Both the position numbers and the translations under genes were made by a program. A stretch of 64,000 bases of DNA. Source: Paragordius varius (Eukaryota; Animalia; Nematomorpha). The stretch is taken from NCBI GenBank assembly GCA_964247055.1, contig OZ176055.1:1798001-1862000 (forward strand). Direction: 5' to 3'. The stretch's first letter is position 1. Each line of letters begins with the position of its first letter. The notes under the pieces were generated by a model. The model saw only the letters and a program-made list of their open reading frames with translations. It searched no databases and was not told where the DNA came from. Shown in pieces: positions 1 through 12,967 of this stretch.

Positions 1-471
1 GATGATTCGCAACTCGGAAATAATATTGACAAAAGTGACAATATCCTTTCGCTACCATCATCCAAAAATGGAAATTATGCAGCTCAAAATGGCGCATCTC
101 CATATAATCAACCGAATTATTTTGCTAACGAGGATGATTCTTATGGGAATACAGGCGCCTACAATGATGGATACAGACATTCCCCCTCCTACAAATATGC
201 TGGAATGGTTAAAAGAGCCATTAAAAAACAACGGAAAAAACGAAACATCCCAATTAAACCTGCGTTGGACTCTGAGAACGAGAAGACAAGCAGGGATAAT
301 AAAAAGACTAGAGCAGAACGTTCAAAGTCAGAACAACAAGATAGGCACTTAGAAAACAAAACTAAAACCCTAACTGTTTACAATCCTAATAAAAATGATA
401 ATTTTAACAAAACAACCAAAGATAATTTACCAAAAACTGTAACTAATCGTTTTAAACTGTTATCGACATAA
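1..471 (+). CDS. 3' terminal coding exon of an unidentified low-complexity protein (5' part outside window)
   Basis: Frame 1 is open from base 1 to TAA at 469-471: DDSQLGNNIDKSDNILSLPSSKNGNYAAQNGASPYNQPNYFANEDDSYGNTGAYNDGYRHSPSYKYAGMVKRAIKKQRKKRNIPIKP...FKLLST*. GC is higher than in the flank. The ORF track shows only its tail (205..471). Confidence 0.65.
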   Translation, partial: DDSQLGNNIDKSDNILSLPSSKNGNYAAQNGASPYNQPNYFANEDDSYGNTGAYNDGYRHSPSYKYAGMVKRAIKKQRKKRNIPIKPALDSENEKTSRDNKKTRAERSKSEQQDRHLENKTKTLTVYNPNKNDNFNKTTKDNLPKTVTNRFKLLST

Positions 472-1323
472 TGTATTGTGTCAAATGCCTTGGTGCCATT
501 TATCACAATACTTTATGGTTTAATCATAATTGATATATTAATGATTTATTTATAAAACGATAGCTTCCCAAGATATCTCATTGTAATATTGAAATAATTA
601 TTTCCTTAATACTATATATAATGCGATATGATTTTATAACTAATGAAGGTATAAATATTTAATTTGTTCTTATCCTATATTTTAAAATAAATTTGAAAAT
701 AAAATGCTGAAATACTCTAAAATATTCCTGTAGAAGATGGATTAGATTTTCAAATATCAAATATGATTAAATTGTAATGCAAAACTTTATTTCAAAAAAG
801 TCAAGAAATGTAAAAAATAAAAAATTTAAACAAAATGATTGCAATTAAAACGTAATTTTTCTCACAGAAAAATTATTATGTCAATATAAAATTCTTATAT
901 TGTAACTCTAAAGATTTGTTTTAGAGCTGGATAATTTAAATTGATTTGAGCTGCTCTCAACTTGAAAAACCCGCGATTGGCTATGAATATTAATTTAGGA
1001 AGATTTTAAAAGCGTTTTAAAGGTCCCTTATCTAGCGTAATATTTTAAAACTTAAAAAGTATAATTTTGCCTAAGATATAATCTCCTAAATAATAATGAA
1101 TATTTTCATAAAAAATAATTTTAAATTAAAATATTAATTAGATAATTAGCTTCATTGTAACATTTCTTATTTAAAAGAGTTCGATATTACTGTATTAATT
1201 TGACATATGTTAAATTTTTTATACCGCTACCTCACACTGTTAATAGTGATGGCGTAGAATTTTATCGGAGTCTCGAGATATAATTTATAATGTTAATGAT
1301 ATTTTGAATTATGATTTATAATA

Positions 1324-1516
1324 TATAGTGTGAGTAACTATATATTGCTGGAAAGTTATTAGTTATGTCAAATAGCATATACAACAAAGCGCTGTATTAT
1401 TGGCTTATAGTTATTTTACTTTTTACTATTATTAGCCAATAATAATTCTCTTTGCTGCATATGATATTTAGCAATTATTAATAACTTTCTAGCAATATAT
1501 ACTTACTCATACTGTA
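1324..1516. mobile_element. Palindromic MITE family A, copy 1 (TA-flanked, Tc1/mariner-like ends)
   Basis: Ends tagtgtgagtaactatatattgc ... gcaatatatacttactcatactgta are inverted repeats. Related copies lie at 26716-27036 and 37114-37298. Confidence 0.75.
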
Positions 1517-3760
1517 TATTCAAATTGGTTTGTTATTTATTATAAAAGTATTTACCATAAGGAGCGCGAGTTATTAGGTATTGTCTATATATCATACTTT
1601 TGAAACTTATAAGTCCGAACGATTTGTACACCATAAGACTATTTATAAATATACGACATTGATTTTGTAGACTAAAATTAATCAATCCATAATGTCTGCG
1701 TTGAGTATCAATAATTCAGTGAATTTTATTTAAAAATAGATTATAGGATGTAAAATTTTTTATTCAAATTTATAATAATCTTGGGGTGGAGATTTACCCA
1801 AAAAGGTGTGACGTGTTATTTAAACAAATTAATTGGTATAATTTTGATCGATTATCACATTATTCTTACTTGATATATTTGAATTTTCAATTTGTGGGTA
1901 TGATGAATTTTATTGTAATACAAAGTACATACTATACAATGACAATGAATTTTTAAAATTGAACAAAAAATAAATGAATATAAATAAAATTAAGGAAGTA
2001 CAAAAGTAATAGAACATTGGGATATACCAACTTATTTCGTCTTAAATTTAATGTTTAAAATTATTTTATTCTTAAATTAAAGATGGTATCGCTATGTTTG
2101 GGCAAAAAGGATGATTATTAAATCCAAAATTTTAGCTATTCTAATTCTACTTATTAATAAGGTATTGTTTTTTAGTTATTTTTTATTTTATTAACATAAC
2201 ACATCTGTAAATAAATTTTTTTAATTACACAAAGATGCTATCCTATAAGAAGATTTAAAGCCCATTTTTTTGCAAAAGTAACTAGATTTTATATTAATGT
2301 CCCAGTCGCGGGGCGTTTTTCTCATCAAATTATCTTAATTATCAAAAATATTTAAAAAAACTTTCAAAAAATATATTTTTTACTTTTGAAAAACGCTAAC
2401 ATATATTGAAAACACTTCAATAAATCCTAAAAAAGATACGATTAATAAAGTAAAGCAATCAATAACTAACTAAATAATAAGGTCCAATTTGATAATATAT
2501 ATATTTGGCATCAGGTTTTTTTGATATTATATTAAAAATGAACCATATCTTAGAGCAATATTTATTTTCTTAACATTTCCTAATTGGGGTGACTGGCGAT
2601 CCCAGGCCAAATTTGAATTGTAATTAATAAAAATATATCCATAAACAAATATAAATCAATTTTGGATCAATTTATTTTTTATTTCGCATCATGTTATATA
2701 AGTGCAAAATTTTAATGAGCATTCCAAATTCTATGAATATTTGATTTCAACTTGTGGAAGTCAACTACCCCAATTAGAATTGAAGAACAAGTATTCATAT
2801 AATGTCAATTATACTAAGTATTATAAATCACTCGATATTTGGCTTATTCAATTTTTCAATTCCCGTATCACATTATTTTTTAATTTATTTACATACCCAA
2901 TAACCAACTATAACTCTTTAGTAAGTTATTTGTGCTTTCATATACATGATAATTGATTGTATAAATGATAATGAATACGGAAGATATTTTTTGTAAATTC
3001 ACTTTAAAAGTTGGTTGTAAACGGAATTTGATAAAAAACAATGATGTCATTGTTATCAAGTTTTTTGCAGCATCCAATATAGTTGTAAATAAAGTTTTAA
3101 AGGTTTCTCTAATTTCCATTATTGTAAAATGTTACAGTTTCCAAAAAAAATTTTGACAATATTTTTGATTAATATAATCCAAGTGACATAAATTTTTCAG
3201 TGTCAAAAAAATTTATCAGTAAAATTTAATTTCTTTTTGCCTCCATTCATTTTATATTATGCCCCATGACAGATTCGCGGAACTCGATCTTTATGTCTTC
3301 CGATTTTCGAAAAAAAACCAATTCTATCTACTTTGCATATGTAACCTAAAAATACAATTTTTATATTCCATGAAAAATTGTGATAAAACAAATATGTTTC
3401 AGTGTGTTTTTTGAGGTTTTTGCTTTGAAACGATATCCCTAATATTTTATCTTTTAAAAACTGGTCTAAGGGATTTTAACGGCTTGTTTAAACTCAAATA
3501 CTCTGATAATAGATATCACAATTTATGTCAAGCATTTATGCTTTTCGAGTTTTATTATCAGTAATTGATTGCGATTTTATAGTTTTTCTGCAAATTTTGA
3601 TTGATGCAACATTTTTCAGCATTATATGCGACTAACTATTTACACATTTTGACCATATTCGATATATATTAATTATAATATTATTTTAGTTGGTCAAAAA
3701 TAATATTATTATTTGCAGACATTGAAATTATATTATATAAAAACCTTATGTTAATTTTAG

Positions 3761-6700
3761 GTTAATTTATGTTTATCATTTTGGGGACCAAATGGCTTAT
3801 CTCTTCCGACTCAATCCCGTCAAAATCTCAATCAAAATTTTTACCGAAGAAATTCTCCGAGTATCATTCTCGTTGCTTATTTTTTTATATTTATAAGGAC
3901 AATATGATCATAGTAGCCAAGAAATAGATGATAATTTTGAAGAATTTGGAAGATTCAATCCATTGACAGAAAAAAGGTATTTAACAGAGGTTAAGATGCC
4001 TAAAGAACTAAAATCAAACTGTTTGTATTTGATAATTGAAAAAAAACCTATGATTTAATTCTCGAAACTAGTCACACTTAAAGAAAGTTTTCCAAAACTC
4101 AATCTAATCGTTTTCGTATTTTAGGTTTAATAATTTATTTTATCTTAAACACTCGATTACTGTTTGTTTTGGGCTAAGCTCCATTGATTTATATGGAATT
4201 AAATCAAAAATAAGTAGAACACATACTTTTTTATAACATCCTTCATCCAAAGTTTAATATAAAAATAACGTAATAATATGATAAATCAATATCTTTTAAG
4301 CGATTCTTATCACAGGGACAGAAAGTTACAATATGGTAGTAAAAAACGGAAAAAATATTTGAGAAAGAAAAAATGGGGTAAATACGGTCATTTTGGATCC
4401 CATGGGATTTCATATTTCCGTAGTGCTGATGGTATGACAAATAACGCAAACACGCACGGTTTAGTCCACAACTACAAATGGGATGATAAGGCTTCCCAGG
4501 CTCATCCATCACATTACGACACTGATTACGATTATGATGATTATTATAACCCTCATGGTATGGCATGTTAATATAATCTATGTATTTATAAAAATGGAAA
4601 ATGGTGGCTTTGTGATTTGTTTCCGGAAAACCGGTAGACCCATTCAAATCCAAATATCAAAAAAATATAATCATTAATGAATGTTCCTGCAATAGCTTCG
4701 CTCTTTTTTCAAATTAAACCCCCAGTACGAGCCAACCCCGTGTAACAAAACAGGTTTCTTTGAAAACACAAGTCCAGAAAAATCGTTTCTTTGAGACATT
4801 TTCTCGAAAACGTATTGGACCGTTCGATTTCAAACATGTTTTTTACTCATTTTTAATTGCGCCGAACATAGTCGGCTCGCTTTTTTAATTTAGGCCCTCT
4901 GTTAACCCCCTCCCCCCGTAAAATGCCATGTTTTCAAAAAAACATAGTTTACAAAAATAATTTTTTAAATCTATTTTTCGCCCAAGGTATGACGTAAAAA
5001 TTTAATGAGGATTCCAGGTATTCCCTGTTAAAAGGTAAAAACTTTAGTCGTGCGTTTCGTTCATATTGGCTGCTGGGTAAGGGGCTCCGCTAAAATCTGA
5101 TCCGTCATGTATAAATAGTGTGCCTTTGGAGCTTAATTTCAGAAAACCTATCAGGCCATAAGAGTTCAATAGGCTTAAAATAATATCCGTATCAAGGCAA
5201 AAATTTAGGTCGTGTGGTTTTTTCTATTAGCCGTTAATTAGGCCCTTCACGCAATTAAAAATGCGCCACCATAGAATGATTTTTTTGTTTTGTGATAATT
5301 TTTCTAACAACTAAGGAAAGCATATGGAATCAATCATGATTCCAGGTATTCTCCGTAAAAACGCAAACATTCTAATTAAGCGCTTTTTTGTATCAGCCTC
5401 TGGGTAGGGAGCTACCCGCCTAAACTGCGCCACCACATAGAAATTCCGTTGTTTAGGAGTTGATTTTCAGAAAATTTATCAGTCCGCATAAGTTTAATAA
5501 GGGCCTGAAATAGTAAAATGGCAAAAATTTAAGTCGGGCGTTTTTTTAAATTAACCGTTAATTAGGGCTTTTACGCCCTAAAAATGTGCTATTATTAAAC
5601 TATAATTTAGTTTTAATCCCATTCTTCCAAAAACAATTACGAACATATAATGATAATTCCAGGTATTCCCATATAAAAACAAAATTTTTTATCGAACTTC
5701 TTTTTTATATTGGTCTCTGGGTAGGGTCTACCCACCAACAGCTGTTCCACCATATCGATACACCTTGACTTTGGAGGCAAATTTTAGAAATCTTATTAGA
5801 CCATATGAGTAAATAAGGGCTATTACCCGTAAAAACGCAAAAATTTAAGTAGAGCGGTTTTATTAACCGGTAAATTAGGCCCTTGCCCGTAAAATGCGCG
5901 ACCATAGAATGACTTTTTGGTTTTAAGGATATTTTTCGAAAATCCTACGTGGCATATGGAATCAATCATGATTGCAGGTATTAGCTGAATTAAGGAAAAA
6001 TTTGAATCGACTCTTTTGTGTTTCGCCCCTGGTTAGGGAGCTACCAGCGTAAAGCCGCGTCACCATATCTATACAGCAGGCCTTTGGAGCCAAATTTCTG
6101 AAAGCCTATGAGTCTAATAGGGACATATGGAATCCATGATAATTCCTATTCCCCACATAAAGGCAAAAACTTTCAACGTTTTTATATTTGCCCCTGGGTA
6201 AGGAGCTAACTGCCAAAAACTGCGCCACTATATGGAAATTCCGTTTTTTTGGAGCTCATTTATAGAAAATTGAAGCCAATCATTAAAAGCTTGAAATAAT
6301 CCCCGTAACTAGGTAAAAATAAAAATCAGGCGTATTTTTATTAGCCGTTGATTTGGGGCCTTTTTGCCCTAAAAATACACCATCCTATAAGGATTATATA
6401 GTGTTGAGGTATTTTTTCGAATAACCCATGAGACGATGGTATCAAAGATGATTCCAAATATTTGCCCTATAAAGACAAAGAATTTAACTCAGCGCTTTTT
6501 CCACATAGGTCTATGGGTAGTCTACAGGTTTATAACTGACGCCATACAAAATATATTGTGTTTAATTATAAGATACCAGTTGTTTTTTTAGTAAAAAACA
6601 TGTAACTATTGAAAGGAAATCAATTAATTATGGTATTCGTAATATTATACATCAGCTTCTGCACATTTCGCCCAGCTCAGGTAATATAATGCCGTTCCAA

Positions 6701-9700
6701 AAAATCTGATTGCATTTTGTGGAAAACCATTTGTCAAACCATTTTCAACGCTTTCGAAATTATTAATATGCTCTGCGAGGGTGTCCATTGATGCGAGGTT
6801 ACAATTGTCAGATGGCGCCAGTTTAGCGGCTGCGAAAGAATTTTCTATTGTGATTTCAAGGTGTATTCCCTAATTTTGCTGTGTGAGACGGGGGCATTGT
6901 CATTATTAAAATCCCTTTACCATGCCTTCTGGCGATTCCGGTGGTTTTTTAATTAATGCATGGTAAAGGATACCCAACACAAATAATTTGCGGGCCGCAT
7001 TTCTCTTCAAAGAATTCGGCCAGCAGCATCTAAACATAATTTATAAATATTTTATTAGTATTCAAACTTAAAACTTTACAAAAACAATGAATATATATTT
7101 CAACAATTTTTGCAATTTAATTGCCAGAATTTAAAAGTATTCTGACTTGAAATTGTAAGGAAAACCGATTTAAAATTTTATATATAGCATAGGAAATTAT
7201 TATTTGGTATATAGATTTTCGTGGGCTGCCAGAATATGTCAAAAAGCCCGTGCATAGTATTGAACACCCTTGGTCAAAATTAATAATTTGTTGGCGATAG
7301 CCTTGTTTATTAACGGTTTTACCGGGTTTCAAAAGTTCATAATGCACAATATTGCTCTGGTCCCACCACACATATCTTGCTGAAGTAATTTAGCATTCTG
7401 TCGATGGACCGGTATGGCAAAGTGAAAATCCCGATTTTTCATTTTCCCACTACAAATAAAGCCATTCATCATAACCCGTCCCTATTCAATGAGAAAAGAT
7501 TTTTCTTTTCTTATAAGTCAATTTGCGATTTTCGATTTGGCGTTCATTCGAATTGTGCAATTTAATGAATGTTTTAATATTCATGATTAATTTAATTGCC
7601 AATTGTTGTTAAATTTGGGTTGGTTCATCATCCAATAACACATGGACTTTAGCATCTTCGCGGCTGTAAAGTCTATCGCTCACATTCTTGCACATGAACA
7701 ACTTAATATTTTAAAACATGTTTCATATGGTTAATCGATTAAGCATATCCACCACATGTTTCTGCCAGAAAACGATACTCAACAGCCTTATTGTTCTGAT
7801 GGCACTTGCAGCAAATGTTTTTTATAAGCACAAATTCGACATGATTACTGATGATAAAAAATGATACTACCTTTTAGTTGATGGGTAATAACTTTGAACC
7901 TGGTATATTTAGGTTAATTTCCCAGTTCTAAGCATCTAAATACATGGTGCTTTTATATTAGGAATATAAAATAAATTAGAATAATCAACAGATTTTGAAG
8001 ATTTTTTGTTTTATAATTTTAAATAATGATTAAAACATAGATTAATATATAATAAAAAAATAATTACCGTGTTCCAATAAGCTTCGACATTTATAAAGCA
8101 AAGTTTGTAAAATGCAGAGAGATTTTCGATAAAAGAAGAGTTATTCATTATAGTTACAATTTGTTTATATGGGTTTTGAGAAAGATGTAAAATAATTGCT
8201 AATTTTGTCTCTAAATGCTTAGTTTTCTGGCTACTAACTTTTTCTTTAAAGATTACCTTAGATTAATGAATAAAAATATATTTTTTAATCAAATAACATT
8301 TGAAACCTTAGTTTCAATAAATTTTAAAGCTTACTTTAACATTCAAAGCGTAAATATATAATTTTGATATAGTTTGGTTATAACACCTATATTTTAATCC
8401 ATCTTGGGTACGGATGAATCAGATGTTTTTATAAACTTTGTCTTAATTTAATCGACAAAATCCTAAATTAATTACAAAATTTACATAAACTGCAAATAAG
8501 CTTTTATCATTGAATTAATAAATTCATAAATTTATGATGGATTCTTGAATCATGTTTGAATGTTGAACTAATCCAAACTTAAATTAGAAAACTACATTTT
8601 TGACTTTCTTGAAACATCTGATTTATTTTAAGTAAATTAAAGGCGATTTTTGACTACTTAGCAGACATAACGTTTCATATCTTTTTCCAATGTAAATCCC
8701 AGTATAAATAGTGGATCATTTTCTTAAATAAGATTTTTAAACCATAGGATTTCACAACGGCCGCTTACTTCTGCATTTTCGATATTGTTCCTGATCTATA
8801 TTTTGAGCTCTTGTGGCATGTAATTTAAGATTCTGATCTAAAGAATCAAATAAAGTATCCAAATGAATCCAAAGTTTCTGTATTTTAAACATATCTAACC
8901 ATGTCATCTTTTATAAGCGTCTAAGCGAAATAAAATTTTTAAGATGCATACTAAACTGCTTACATAAGCCTATTAGAAATTCCCCAAAAATGTTGACAAA
9001 TTATGATATGTTATTGCGATAAAAGATTTATAAAAGTAGCAAACTAAAACTGACGGAATATAAATCGGAATTATTTTACAACAAAAGAACCAGAGCCAAA
9101 TTTTTTTCGCAAATTCTTGGACATCAGGACCCTTTACAATTCATGCATGAAACATTTGTTTGATAAATGTTTTTCATTAATTTGATAAGTATGTAAAAGC
9201 AAGCATATACTTCACATAAACTAAAAACCATGCTTGCAAATATATATATACACTGTGGCAAAAAAGAGGGTGAATTTTTTAACAAAAATTTTTTTTATGA
9301 GATAGCTTATGAGCGAATTCATTTACCTCAAAAAATTGTTGACGACCTAGTTTTTAAAATATTAAGAAATCGAAATTGGGCAAAAAGTGAAAATTAAATT
9401 TAAATAATAATGATAATTGATCATTTTAGGAGATATTTATATAAATAGCCTAAAATCATATAGTTAAGTTTTTTGAAATCTCAGTTCAAAAGCTTTTTTT
9501 AACACACTTAAATAACAAATTTTTTTATAAAACTATATTAAAATAATTTTTTTAATTATTTATTAGCCAAACTCTCTTAAAATCTTATACATATTTTATT
9601 CGGTGAAAAATATATATCAAAATACTAAAAAATATTGTTTTTAATTTTTCCATTTTTTTGTTTCTTCGTTAATATATATTTATAAAAATGGAAAATGCTG

Positions 9701-10916
9701 GCTTTGTGATCTGGTACAGGAAAAACAGTAGACCAATTCAAATCCAAACTTCGAAAAAATATAATCATTAATAAATGCCCCGACAATAGCTTCGCCCTTT
9801 TTTTGAAATAGGTTCCCAGTTCGGGCCCACCCAGTGTGAAAAACGAGTTTTTTTTGAAAACACAAGTCCACAAAAATCGTGTCTTTGAGACAATTTTCCG
9901 GAGAACGTGTTGGATCATTCAATTTTAAATATAATTTTTGTTTACTTATTTTCGATTGCGCCGAACATAGTAGAGTCACTTTTTTGATTTAGGCCCTCTT
10001 TTTACCCGCTACCCCCGTAAAATGCCATTTTTTTCAAAAAACAAAGTCCACAAAAATAATTTTTTAAATCTATTTTTCGCCCTAGGTATGAGACCGTGAA
10101 AATTCAATATGGATTCCACGTATTCCCTGTTAAAAGGCAAAAATTTTAGTCAGGCGTTTCTTTGATGATAGCTGCTGGGTAGGGAGCTACCCGCTAAAAA
10201 CTTAATCCTCATGTAACTTTGTGATCTGCTACCGGAAAACCGGTAGACCCATTCAAATCCAAACTTCGAACCCCCCCTCCCCAGAAGTCCGAAGGACTTC
10301 CTCGGGCTGCGTAGCAGCACGAGATTTAAGCTAGTGAGTATATAAAAAAATTACTGTTTTTTTGGAGTTTCCCATGAGAGGAAATTAAAAATTAAAATTA
10401 ATACAAAATAAAATTTACATGTGGTAAAAATATAAATCCGTACCCCATTCAAAATATTAATTTGTCTTAAAACAGACTTGTTACAGAGATTTGTGAGGAT
10501 TGTGGTTGATATTTCACTACTTTTAAATAATATTTTGCAATTATATGCTTACCCATGTAATTAAAAATGATACCCTAGTCAAAAAATTTTTTGCACACAG
10601 TTTATATTATATATATATATATATATATATAATAAATAGATTTTAAAATATCAAGTAAGTAACATTTTAATAACGAGTTGAATTTGGACATAATCGATTA
10701 ATAACTCGTAAAATTGTTTTGAAAGGTGGGCATCATGACAATTCATACTGGAAGGATCACCATACAAATGGTTTTGCCTATCGAACAAATTTCACAGGCG
10801 CTGGTAGTACATTTGGTCAAGTTTATGTCGCAAGCTATGGTTATGGTGATTATCACCATTCCCCACATAAATCAATATGGGGTAATAAATTTTTTACATC
10901 TATACATTATAAATAG
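3761..10916 (+). CDS. Orphan His/Tyr/Gly/Asp-rich, probably secreted protein; exons 3761-3860, 3898-3976, 4301-4557, 10726-10881 (or read-through to stop 10916); start exon not located
   Basis: All junctions are GT-AG with matching phases (1,2,1). Product: VNLCLSFWGPNGLSLPTQSRQNLNQNFYRRNSP/RQYDHSSQEIDDNFEEFGRFNPLTEKR/DSYHRDRKLQYGSKKRKKYLRKKKWGKYGHFGSHGISY...HYDTDYDYDDYYNPH/GGHHDNSYWKDHHTNGFAY...YGYGDYHHSPHKSIWG. Confidence 0.6.
4577..6570 (+). mobile_element. Non-autonomous Helitron, copy 1 (3' truncated), carrying about 5 internal ~320-bp tandem units
   Basis: Starts A|TCTATGTATTTATAAAAATG and is colinear with copies at 9672, 11155 and 52666. Tandem units begin near 5011, 5339, 5656, 5971 and 6141/6450. 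Confidence 0.8.
6574..7905 (-). mobile_element. Decayed mariner (Mos1/mauritiana-like) transposon, about 1.33 kb
   Basis: Inverted ends TACCAG (6574) and CTGGTA (7900-7905). Minus-strand fragment WWDQSNIVHYELLKPGKTVNKQGYRQQIINF resembles Mos1 WWDQSGVIYYELLKPGETVNTARYQQQLINL. A degenerate DNAP segment and an ATG near 7842 are present, with many frameshifts. Confidence 0.85.
9672..10334 (+). mobile_element. Non-autonomous Helitron, copy 2 (internally deleted)
   Basis: Shares the 5' block with copy 1. The 3' end has hairpin GCTGC-gta-GCAGC 12 nt upstream of CTAG|T (10331-10334). Confidence 0.85.
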
Positions 10917-11154
10917 TTTTATATAAATGTTATAAACACTGTTAGTATATTTAAATGGCTAACTTTTTAACCCTAATAAATCTACATAAAGCGTGAGCAC
11001 TGTGTATTTGGTGTGCCAGACTTCCAAACTGCACTTTTTCCCCACAGTGTCAGCATTAGTCAAATGAGTGGTAAGGCCTTTACAAGTCCTGATACAACTA
11101 AAGTCCATACTCTTTATATAAAATAAAGAACGAGACACTGTATATTTTTTATTA

Positions 11155-11711
11155 TCTATATATTTATAAAAATGGAAAGTGGTGGCTTTGTGATCTGCCT
11201 ACCAGAAAACCGGTAGACCCATTCAAATCCAAACATTAAAAAAATATAATCATTAATGAATGCCCCGACAATAGCTTCGCCCTTTTTTGAAATAGGACCC
11301 CAGTTCGGACCCACCCCGTGTGAGAAATGGTTTTTTTAAAAAACAAAAGTCCACAAAAATCGTGTCTTTGAGACAATTTTCCGGAGAACGTGTTGGACCA
11401 TTTAATTTCAAATATAATTTTTGTTTACGTATTTTCGATTGCGCCGAACACAGTCGCCTCGCTTTTTTAATTTAGGCCCTCTTGTTACTCGCTCCCCTCG
11501 TAAATGCCATTTTTTTAAAAAAACAAAGTCCACAAAAACAATTTTTTGAATCTATTTTTCCCTAAACAATATATTAGTAATGCACCGATTCCTATGAGAT
11601 CATAGCTATGAAATAATGTTTCGAAATAATCCACATATGTGAATCATTTTATTGTCCCTTTTTATAAATAACCCCCAGAAGTTCGAGAGACTTCCTCGAG
11701 ATTTACGCTAG
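11155..11711 (+). mobile_element. Non-autonomous Helitron, copy 3 (short; 3' hairpin deleted)
   Basis: A|TC start at 11155 and CTAG|T end at 11708-11711. Same 5' block as the other copies. Confidence 0.85.
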
Positions 11712-11714
11712 TTG

Positions 11715-11745
<31 letters not shown>

Positions 11746-12967
11746 GGATTATCTTTACATAAATGGCTTGTGTATATATCAGCTTTATTATAATATTTTG
11801 AAAAACTATTTTAATGCATATTAATATTATATGGTTCAAATGTACATTTATTTATCTGACTGATTATCATAAAAACGACAATCACGATTTCTAATCCTAA
11901 CAAATCCTCGATTTCGTGGAGGTAAAGTGAACTTCTAGCTAACATTTTAATGATGGTATATCCACTCTGTTTTGGTTTTTTAAACAAAGTTATTAATTCA
12001 ATACTTATGTCGCATATTTTGTAAATAAATATCATATAACTGGGAGGCATAATTTTACTGTCGTATTTTATTAATATTGTAATATGTTAATTTTAATCTT
12101 ATAATAAATGATTTTGATTGATACCAACTACTAAGACTCGACAAAAGTTACGGATAATTCCATAAACCATATCAAAAAACTACATTCTATCCAAACAATT
12201 GTTTAAATGGTTTAAATCCATATCCTAATAATTATGATAGATTAAAGATGAAAATTTAGTTAAAAGGGAAATTATAGAGACTTTGTCATTAGTTCCGAAA
12301 TTAATCAGTTCGTGCAACATAAGGGCATTTTCTAAAAATGCAACATAGTTTCAATGATATTAATTGAAGTTTGAAAATGCAAAATCTTTTAGTTTAAACT
12401 TAGACAACATGTATTTGGATGGATTGTAATCTTTTCAAATACTTTTTTATTATTTAGCTTCATTAGTTTAGGGAATATTTTAGTTTTTTTAATATTATTT
12501 ATTCCTTTAAAAAAATTAGATGAGGATTATTGAATACAAATGGTTAATCATAGACACTCCACAGAACAGAAAACATGTCAACTATAGATATTCTAGAGCA
12601 CACAATTATCAAATTTAAGCCATATTGTTATGTTATACAAAACATTTAGAGAATAAATTTGTCAATTATGTCATGTGAACTTGTACAATAAAAAATACTT
12701 TACCTAGAAACTCCATAATATACATTTTATTGAAATGTAACACTCAATACAAGAATGAATCGATACAATGAATCTAATTTCACACATTATTTACTGTTTT
12801 ATATAACAATATTATTGTTTTTCATATTAATTTAAATTGAGAAAAAATAATTATATAAGTTTTTTTCCATGTTAAAGGTTTATAAAATATATTTTTCTTG
12901 TATCAATTATCGAATAATTTTAATTAGAATTAATAGAGACCACCACACTCGAATAGTATATTAATAG

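Noticed and set aside
2-352. ORF-track protein MIRNSEIILTK...
   Set aside because: It overlaps the longer, compositionally coherent frame-1 reading 1-471 and is an off-frame shadow.
5011-6570. CRISPR-like or prokaryotic repeat array
   Set aside because: Units are ~320-bp diverged tandem repeats without unique spacers, inside a Helitron in eukaryotic DNA.
10992-11130. GC-richer segment with CACTGTG...CACAGTG inverted heptamers (RSS/Transib-like) that might be a further exon of the orphan gene
   Set aside because: No matching 5-bp TSD was found, and the nearest acceptor gives a stop in the required phase. Left unexplained.
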